Positions 57,601 through 64,000 of a DNA stretch of 64,000 nt are shown here, in pieces; the first letter of the stretch is position 1, and every line of letters starts with the position of its first letter. The notes below the pieces were generated by a model. It had not been told where the DNA came from, ran no database searches, and was given only the letters and a program-made list of their open reading frames with translations. Source of the DNA: Candidatus Kaiserbacteria bacterium (GTDB taxonomy: Bacteria; Patescibacteriota; Minisyncoccia; Phycocordibacterales; Phycocordibacteraceae); contig OY969413.1 of NCBI GenBank assembly GCA_963699165.1, positions 660,562-724,561 on the forward strand, written 5' to 3'. The position numbers and the translations under genes are program-made.

Positions 57601-59181
57601 CTATTCAAACCCAAACAATCCTCGCGGACGGTATTGCAACGCTTCATGCACGAATGCGGGCGTCACTTTTTCGGAACCGGCAAGGTCGGCGACGGTGCAC
57701 GCAACGCGCATGGTGCGATGATAGCTGCGCGGAGAAAGATTGAGCCGCGTCGCCGCGTTCGTGAGCGCTTCTTTCGCTTCGGCGGTAAAACCGCTTTTCT
57801 CATCGAGCTCGCGGCCGGAGAGCGCGGCATTTGTGAATCCCGGCTTGCCGGTGCGTTTCTCCGCACTCTTTCTCGCAGCGACGACTCGCTCGCGAACTTT
57901 CTCGGACGGTTCGCCGTTTGAAAGTTTTGCGAGCGTGTCATGCGGAACGAGCGGCACTTCAATCCATAAATCGAGACGGTCGACGATGGGACGCGAAATG
58001 CGGCGCGCCTGTTTTGCCGCGGCGCGAAGCGCAACGCGCGAATCGGAAGCAATGGTGTCCGCCGGATTCATCGCGGCTACAATCATGCAGTCCGCGGGAA
58101 AGGTAATCGTCGCGCGTGCGCGCGAAATGGTTACGATGCGGTCTTCGAGCGGCTGGCGAAGCGCCTCGAGCGCTCGAGAATCAAACTCGGGAAATTCGTC
58201 CAAAAACAACACGCCTTTATGCGCAAGCGTTACTTCTCCCGCCTTCGGAAAGGCGCCGCCGCCGACGATTGCAACGTGCGAAACCGAATGATGCGGCGCG
58301 CGAAATGGCGGCCAGTACACCGCTTCCCCGCCTTGCAACAGTCCGGCGGTCGAATGTATGGCCGTCACTTCAAGCATTTCATCATCGCTTAACGGCGGAA
58401 GGATTCCGGCAAGCGCGCGTGCGAGCATCGTCTTCCCCGTTCCCGGCGGTCCGTAAAAAACGATGTTGTGACGGCCTGCGGCGGCAATCTCGAGCGCGCG
58501 TTTCGCGCTCTCCTGCCCTTTTACATCGGCAAGGTCGAGCGCGGGCGGCGGCAACTGCGCACGGCGGTCGCGCACCAACCGAGGCAGCGGCCGCTCGCCT
58601 TTTAGGTGATGCAAAAGTTCCGCGAGCGAACGCGGCGCATAAATCGCCACGCCTTCCGCCAAAAGCGCCTCACGTGCATTTCCGGGCGGCACGAAAATAA
58701 TTTTTGTGCCGTGTCTTTTTGCGGCAAGTACCTGCGGCAATACGCCGCGCACATCGCGCAGCGTGCCGTCAAGTGCGAGCTCGCCGATAAAAAGCATTTC
58801 GTCGACCGGCGAGAGCACTTCGCCCGCGGCGATAAGGTATGCAAGCGCAAGCGCGAGGTCAAAATGCGAACCCTCCTTTTTCAAATCGGCGGGCGAGAGC
58901 GAAAGTACGATGCGCTTGTTCTGCTGCTTCGGAGGTTTGTAGCCCGAGTGGCGGATTGCGGCGCTGATTCTGTCTCGCGCTTCCTCGACCGCCTTGTCGG
59001 CGAGGCCGACGACGGAAAAACTGTGCAGGCCGCGCGTGAGGTCGGCTTCAACGCTGACCAATTCGGCACCGGAGCCGACCGGCTGCGCCGCAAGCGTTTT
59101 TGCGTAACCGACTTTAACCGTTGCGCTTGCGGCGCGCACAGGTGTATTAATTTTCGCGGGCGCCGTCTTTGACGCGGCCAT
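57601..59181 (-). CDS. comM: YifB/ComM-family Mg-chelatase-like AAA+ ATPase.
   Basis: Lon-like N-domain, Walker [10 protein letters not shown]-terminal Mg-chelatase domain. Confidence 0.85.
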   Translation of the reverse strand: MAASKTAPAKINTPVRAASATVKVGYAKTLAAQPVGSGAELVSVEADLTRGLHSFSVVGLADKAVEEARDRISAAIRHSGYKPPKQQNKRIVLSLSPADLKKEGSHFDLALALAYLIAAGEVLSPVDEMLFIGELALDGTLRDVRGVLPQVLAAKRHGTKIIFVPPGNAREALLAEGVAIYAPRSLAELLHHLKGERPLPRLVRDRRAQLPPPALDLADVKGQESAKRALEIAAAGRHNIVFYGPPGTGKTMLARALAGILPPLSDDEMLEVTAIHSTAGLLQGGEAVYWPPFRAPHHSVSHVAIVGGGAFPKAGEVTLAHKGVLFLDEFPEFDSRALEALRQPLEDRIVTISRARATITFPADCMIVAAMNPADTIASDSRVALRAAAKQARRISRPIVDRLDLWIEVPLVPHDTLAKLSNGEPSEKVRERVVAARKSAEKRTGKPGFTNAALSGRELDEKSGFTAEAKEALTNAATRLNLSPRSYHRTMRVACTVADLAGSEKVTPAFVHEALQYRPRGLFGFE

Positions 59182-59187
59182 GGAATT

Positions 59188-59568
59188 CTATAGATGCGCA
59201 ACGCACGTGAGCGCGGCCGGGTCCGCGTCGAGACGCTTCCCTTCGATGCTTTTCCCGCACACTTCGCACGTTCCGTACGTCCCGTTTCCAATCCGTTCGA
59301 GCGCCGAGAGAATCGTATCGTACCGCGCTTCGAGGTCTGCAAGGATTGCATTATTGCTTTCGTGGCTAATGACCACATCGGCCTGGTCGGCAAGGTCCGC
59401 TTCCGAGCCAATTTCCGAGGGGGCCGATTCCCAATCGTTCGGAAGAGCCGGATTTCTCCGGCCGACGCCTCCCATTTCCGTCTCGAGTTTCTTCTTCTCG
59501 GCCAAAAGCCGTTCTTTAAACCGGTCGGTATTCGTCCCGTTAGAGGCAGGTGCCATGTGTTTCCGCAA
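59188..59568 (-). CDS. DksA/TraR-family C4-type zinc-finger protein (variant CxxC-x17-CxxH).
   Basis: CEVCGKSIEGKRLDADPAALTCVAHL at the C-terminus. Coiled-coil N-terminus. Confidence 0.55.
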   Translation of the reverse strand: MRKHMAPASNGTNTDRFKERLLAEKKKLETEMGGVGRRNPALPNDWESAPSEIGSEADLADQADVVISHESNNAILADLEARYDTILSALERIGNGTYGTCEVCGKSIEGKRLDADPAALTCVAHL

Positions 59569-59663
59569 TTATACGTTCCGCGCTAATAATATGTAAATCC
59601 CCAAGGATATCGCAATGGCGGCCTTTAACGGGATTCATGCGGGAATGATAGCAGATTGAGCTT

Positions 59664-60977
59664 TTATGTGTGCGAGTTTGCCAGCCGGCCGATTATTTCG
59701 GAAAACGCGGCCGGGTCGCGCGCAATAACGAGCGTCGTCTGATTCCAATAGCCGTACAACAAAACGATTCGGCCGGCTTCGTCGCGATATACGCGCACGT
59801 CATGATTGTTCACCGACTCGTCGTCAAAGCCCCCCCTCTTGGCCGCAATCGCAATCGTTGTCGTCGCGTTTTTTGTTGTTTTTGAGGTTGTTGTTGCGAC
59901 CGGTGCCGGTGCCGTGTTTGCCGCGGGCGCAAACGGCGGGAAAAGCGCCGCCAAATCGGTCGCCATCATCGGTTCCCAGGCAAGCATGCCCCCGAATGTC
60001 ACGCTATAAGAAGAAACCGAAAGAATGAAAAACGGACTCTGTATTCCGCCGGCATTAACGATGCCCGCCATACTTCCATCGGCATTTATATTCCGCACGA
60101 GTTCGTCCGGCGCAGACGGTTGCAAAGCGGCAAACACATTGTCCGTGCCCGTACCGGTCGTCGTTGCCAAATACAAAAGACGAACGGCACCGGCAGCAAG
60201 CGGGCTTTGGACCGAATCCTCGATTGCGCGGGACAACGCGGTGCCTTCGCCCGAGACCGACACTCGTTCATCCACGAATATCGGCGCAGCCGCCACTCCG
60301 ATAGGCGCAACCGGCGCATTCTCTGCAGTGAAATGCGTGTATGCAACATATGCGCCTATTCCGCCCAAAACCAAAAATAATACCCCCGCGGCAATATATA
60401 AAATATTCGCGATGTTCATCGGCGCTCGCTGCGGAGCATTCGGTTCCGTCGGGAGCGGCCCCGCATCCTGTTCGGCGGCGAGTATGCTTGCGGTCGACGC
60501 ATGTGTTTCCTTCAGACGATTCGAAAAATCGCTTGAGTATGTTTCAATCGGATTTTCTGCCGGCGCTTTGCGCGCGGGCGGCGGAGGCGAAGATGGCGGA
60601 AAAATTTCCACCGGTTGTGGCGCCGGCTTCGTAGGCGGCGGAATCGGCTTCGGAGCCGGTGGTGGAACCGGTGCGGAGGGAGGAACCGGTATCGGTTCAG
60701 GTTCAGGTATCGGTTCGGGCGCGGGTTCTGGAACGAACTCCGGTTCCGGTATCGGCTGCTGCATAGGAGACGGAATCGGCGGAGGAGGAACCGGCCCTTT
60801 CGATGCAGACGAACCGTCGGGCTCTGAAGAGGACTCCGAGTTCTTTGGCACAAAAGGCGCAAGATCCAGAGATCCTCCCTGCTTCACTATTTCCATATCA
60901 CCCGCAAATGTGCGGATGTACTTCTTCGGGAGCTTTCCGCCGGAACCGGCATTCGAGGTGGCATCGTGCGTTTCCAT
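59664..60977 (-). CDS. Bitopic membrane protein: Pro-rich cytoplasmic N-terminus, one TM helix, extracytoplasmic C-terminal domain.
   Basis: ORF track. TM helix ILYIAAGVLFLVLGGIGAYVAY. Confidence 0.5.
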   Translation of the reverse strand: METHDATSNAGSGGKLPKKYIRTFAGDMEIVKQGGSLDLAPFVPKNSESSSEPDGSSASKGPVPPPPIPSPMQQPIPEPEFVPEPAPEPIPEPEPIPVPPSAPVPPPAPKPIPPPTKPAPQPVEIFPPSSPPPPARKAPAENPIETYSSDFSNRLKETHASTASILAAEQDAGPLPTEPNAPQRAPMNIANILYIAAGVLFLVLGGIGAYVAYTHFTAENAPVAPIGVAAAPIFVDERVSVSGEGTALSRAIEDSVQSPLAAGAVRLLYLATTTGTGTDNVFAALQPSAPDELVRNINADGSMAGIVNAGGIQSPFFILSVSSYSVTFGGMLAWEPMMATDLAALFPPFAPAANTAPAPVATTTSKTTKNATTTIAIAAKRGGFDDESVNNHDVRVYRDEAGRIVLLYGYWNQTTLVIARDPAAFSEIIGRLANSHT

Positions 60978-61016
60978 CTCTTCTATAGTAGCGCATCGAG
61001 AGCGCTGTCACGCGAG

Positions 61017-61532
61017 TTATGCTCGGGAACCGATGGTGAACTTGCGCGGGTCGTCGCACATATCGGTAAACGCATGCGCGGCCTCCTTCAGTTTGCTCGA
61101 TGACGATTTGCCGAATGAAATGACTTCCACCTGGCAACCTTCGTTCATGTCGAGGTATTGGATGAGCGGTACGAAATCGCCGTCGCCCGTCACGAGAACG
61201 ACCGTATCGAGTTTCGGCGCCATTTTTACGGCATCGATGGCCATGCCGAGGTCCCAATCGGCTTTCTTTGCGCCGTCGGCGAAGATTTGCAGATCCTTTA
61301 CCTTGGTTTCGATGCCCATTTTCGTAAGAGCGCCGAAGAAATTATTTTCCTCGCCCGTCTCGGTTGAGATAACGTATGCGATTGCGCGCACGAGAATGCG
61401 ACCGCCGACGGCTTCTTCGAGAATTTTGCCGAAGTTAACGCGCGCTTTGTAAAGATGTTTTGCGCTGTGGTAAAGATTTTGCGTATCGATGAAGACCCCT
61501 ACCCGCTGCGCCGGATGTTTGATGACTGCCAT
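61017..61532 (-). CDS. NYN-domain (LabA-like, PIN-like) protein.
   Basis: VFIDTQNLYHS ... ADWDLGMAIDAV ... VVLVTGDGDFVPL. Confidence 0.75.
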   Translation of the reverse strand: MAVIKHPAQRVGVFIDTQNLYHSAKHLYKARVNFGKILEEAVGGRILVRAIAYVISTETGEENNFFGALTKMGIETKVKDLQIFADGAKKADWDLGMAIDAVKMAPKLDTVVLVTGDGDFVPLIQYLDMNEGCQVEVISFGKSSSSKLKEAAHAFTDMCDDPRKFTIGSRA

Positions 61533-61666
61533 ATAAATATGTTGTTAGTTGGTAGGGAGAAGTTTGTAGTCAAATCCGACTCCCATCGTTATTAAAATTG
61601 CGGCGCTGCCGCCGAGTTCATACTACCACCTCAAAATACGGATACCCATTCGGCGTCCGCGATCTG

Positions 61667-61933
61667 TTACTTCTTCAAACCGAGTTTTTTCGTGAGCGCG
61701 TTGTAGCGGCGCTTGTCGTGCGTCTCAAGATAGCGCAAGTGGGTGCGGCGGTCGGAAACCATCTGAAGCAGTCCTCGGCGCGAATGAAAATCCTTCTGGT
61801 TTTTCTTCAAATGCTTTGCAAGTTCGTCGATTTGCTTCGAAAGAAGCGCAACCTGAACTTCCGGCGAGCCGGTATCCTTGTCGTGTCGGGCGGCGGTTTT
61901 AATGATTGCCGTCTTTTTCTTGGTGGTAAGCAT
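61667..61933 (-). CDS. rpsO: 30S ribosomal protein S15.
   Basis: TGSPEVQVALLSKQIDELAKHLKKNQKDFHSRRGLLQMVSDRRTHLRYL ... matches S15. Confidence 0.85.
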   Translation of the reverse strand: MLTTKKKTAIIKTAARHDKDTGSPEVQVALLSKQIDELAKHLKKNQKDFHSRRGLLQMVSDRRTHLRYLETHDKRRYNALTKKLGLKK

Positions 61934-62088
61934 GTCGCGACACATTACCACGTCTTCATTATATATGCAAGTTGCGGCGGCCGTGCAAATATTATGCCAG
62001 ACAGAGCAAATTTTGCAAAATTTGCTCTCCGGCGATACTCATTTTTGAGTTGCAAATATTGTGCGCACTTTGATGCTACACTTTAAGT

Positions 62089-63009
62089 ATGGAATCTGAA
62101 GCGGCAAAGCGGCAATTTCTTGAATATATTGAAATCGAGCGCGGACGCGCCGTAAAAACAATCGAAAATTACGACCGTTATCTCACCCGCTACTTCTCGC
62201 AAATGCATATCAAGAACGTGGGCGACATCACCGAGCAAAACGTGCGCGAATTCCGTATCTGGCTCAACCGCCAACCGGGAACCAAAAGCGATTCGATGAA
62301 ACGCCGCACGCAAAATTACTACATGATTGCGCTTCGCGCCTTCCTCAAGTTCCTCAGAAAGCGCGATATTCCCGCGATTTCTCCGGAAAAAATCGAGCTC
62401 GCCAAACTCCCCGAACGCCAGCTCGACCTCATCACCTCCGCCGAGCTCGAACGCCTCATGCGCGCGCCGCGCGAAGCATTCGAAAAAGAAGGCCGTCCTG
62501 AAAAAGCCATATGCTATCTACGCGATACGGCGATTCTCGAGCTTTTGTTCTCGACCGGGCTTCGCGTCTCCGAGCTTTGCGCTCTAAATGCCGATATCGA
62601 TCTCACGCGCGACGAACTTTCCGTTCGCGGAAAGGGCGAGAAAGTACGGGTGGTATTCCTCTCCCCTGCCGCCAAAGATGCGGTACGCACCTATTTGAAA
62701 GCGAGAAAAGATATGGAGGAAGCGCTGTTTGTCGACGGCAGGCCGGGAAAGCCGCACCGCATTTCACCGCGAGACATTCAGCGGCACCTAAAGGCGTACG
62801 TCTCGCGCGCCGGCATCACAAATGTCGTCACGCCCCATACCCTCCGCCACGCTTTCGCAACGGATTTGCTGAGCAATGGCGCCGACATCCGCTCCGTACA
62901 GCAGCTTTTGGGCCATGCATCTATCAACACGACGCAAATTTACACGCATATCACCGACTCGCATTTGCGCGAGATTCACAAGAAATTCCACGGGAGAAAT
63001 AGAGTTTAA
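62089..63009 (+). CDS. Tyrosine site-specific recombinase XerC/XerD.
   Basis: R...HxxR...Y catalytic motif region (TPHTLRHAFATDLL ... LGHASINTTQIYTH). Confidence 0.85.
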   Translation: MESEAAKRQFLEYIEIERGRAVKTIENYDRYLTRYFSQMHIKNVGDITEQNVREFRIWLNRQPGTKSDSMKRRTQNYYMIALRAFLKFLRKRDIPAISPEKIELAKLPERQLDLITSAELERLMRAPREAFEKEGRPEKAICYLRDTAILELLFSTGLRVSELCALNADIDLTRDELSVRGKGEKVRVVFLSPAAKDAVRTYLKARKDMEEALFVDGRPGKPHRISPRDIQRHLKAYVSRAGITNVVTPHTLRHAFATDLLSNGADIRSVQQLLGHASINTTQIYTHITDSHLREIHKKFHGRNRV

Positions 63010-63044
63010 ACTACGGTTCCGCAAACACGGTGTAGAATATGCCT

Positions 63045-63809
63045 ATGAAAATCGTCTCATGGAACGTAAACGGCCTGCGCTCGCTTGAGAAAAACGGATA
63101 CTGGGTAGATTTTTTAAAGGGGGTAAAGCCCGACATCTTCTGCCTGCAGGAAACCAAGGCCTCGCCCGAACAGCTTTCCGAAGCATTGCTCTCCCCTGCC
63201 GGATTTTCTTCATTCTTTTCCTCATCGCAAGTCAAAAAGGGCTACAGCGGCGTCGCGCTCTATTCGAAAGTCGAACCGTTGTCGATTATTTACGGCATGG
63301 GAATAAAAGAGTTTGACCAAGAAGGTCGGCTGGTCGGTGGCGAGTTCGACGACTTCTGGCTGTTAAATGTCTACTTTCCAAACGGCGGACAAGGGCCGGA
63401 ACGGCTTGATTACAAGATGCGCTACTATGATGCCTTCCTTGGATTCGCTGAAAAATTGCGCGCAAAAAAACCGGTGATTTTCTGCGGCGACATCAACACC
63501 GCGCATGAAGAAATCGACCTTGCCCGCCCCAAAGAAAACGAAGAAAATACGGGCTTTTTGCCGGAAGAACGCGCGTGGCTCGACGAAGTCGTCGACGCCG
63601 GATACGTCGATTCGTTCCGCCATTTTCATCCGCATACAAAGGATGCCTACACTTACTGGGATATGGTGACTCGCGCACGCGATAGAAACGTTGGTTGGCG
63701 AATCGATTATTTTTTCGTATCAAGCGAGCTTTTAAAAAAAATAAAGAAGGCCGAAATACATCCTGAAATTTACGGCTCCGACCACTGCCCTCTTTCGATT
63801 ACGCTCTAA
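63045..63809 (+). CDS. xth: Exodeoxyribonuclease III.
   Basis: MKIVSWNVNGLR ... CLQETK ... DHCP ExoIII motifs. Confidence 0.9.
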   Translation: MKIVSWNVNGLRSLEKNGYWVDFLKGVKPDIFCLQETKASPEQLSEALLSPAGFSSFFSSSQVKKGYSGVALYSKVEPLSIIYGMGIKEFDQEGRLVGGEFDDFWLLNVYFPNGGQGPERLDYKMRYYDAFLGFAEKLRAKKPVIFCGDINTAHEEIDLARPKENEENTGFLPEERAWLDEVVDAGYVDSFRHFHPHTKDAYTYWDMVTRARDRNVGWRIDYFFVSSELLKKIKKAEIHPEIYGSDHCPLSITL

Positions 63810-63811
63810 AG

Positions 63812-63845
63812 GACACGTTATCCACAGCGTGTCCTTTACATTGTC
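63812..63845 (+). terminator. Hairpin GGACACG ... CGTGTCC followed by a TTTACATTGTCTTT T-rich tail, after xth.
   Basis: Read directly. Confidence 0.45.
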
Positions 63846-64000
63846 TTTAATAGATATATCTTTACCACAGGAGGTAGTTCCTTACTGGCTCTTTGGAATC
63901 GGCACTAATTTGTTTGTCGTTTTCGGTCCCTGCCTACGCTCGGCGGCGAATCCGCCCTTAAGTACTGCGCACGGAGATCTTGCGGCTGGCACAGAAGTGC

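Overview
This 64-kb window is a minus-strand-dominated bacterial segment that looks like Candidate Phyla Radiation/Patescibacteria. The evidence for that is: no rpmD (L30) between rpsE and rplO; a long-form ndk; gmk inside the secY-adk-map tail; and basic or low-complexity extensions on many r-proteins. The backbone is the conserved ribosomal supra-operon read from high to low coordinates: rpsL-rpsG-fusA | tuf-rpsJ | rplC-rplD-rplW-rplB | rpsS-rplV-rpsC-rplP-rpmC-rpsQ-rplN-rplX-rplE | rpsN-rpsH-rplF-rplR-rpsE-rplO-secY-gmk-adk-map-ndk. Gene order is intact, but the operon is broken at four junctions by acquired DNA:
- fusA|tuf: about 5.8 kb carrying a HepT/MntA toxin-antitoxin cassette (bracketed by a 26-bp duplication of the fusA 3' end) plus an AT-richer array of five paralogous membrane-anchored secreted proteins.
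- rpsJ|rplC: about 4.5 kb carrying a DUF2339-like polytopic membrane protein, an 844-bp IS1595-family element with a perfect 8-bp target-site duplication (TSD), and a sigma region-4-like ORF whose 3' end was hit by that IS.
- rplB|rpsS: an IS481-family element plus an oppositely oriented DUF3298/RsiV-like gene with its own terminator.
- rplE|rpsN: a second, near-identical IS481 copy plus a markedly AT-rich two-gene cassette (unknown 286-aa protein + 177-aa protein with an Rx4HG HEPN-like motif). This cassette is the best candidate for an undescribed defence/toxin module.
A second IS1595 copy, also with its own 8-bp TSD, sits at 2.5-3.4 kb in inverted orientation. Other notable content:
- A family of hairpins built from inverted CCGTTAGA/TCTAACGG arms inside r-protein gene termini, always encoding an SNG tripeptide.
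- A G9 homopolymer exactly at the RBS position of an 890-aa surface protein (PG-binding + beta-helix + FN3), a phase-variation candidate.
- A four-gene envelope operon with a TrbL/VirB6-like polytopic protein, next to a divergent PG-binding protein.
- An 18-bp palindromic core shared on both sides of a YerC/TrpR-like regulator gene.
- A highly structured 145-nt spacer between rpsH and rplF.
- The right end: rsmA, a UvrD/PcrA helicase, a LysM-M23 peptidase, a 1000-aa Cna-B/SdrD-B repeat surface protein, comM, a DksA/TraR-like zinc-finger protein, an NYN protein, rpsO, xerC/D and xth.
No rRNA, tRNA or CRISPR array was recognised. All homology calls rest on motif and synteny recognition by eye; no searches were run.
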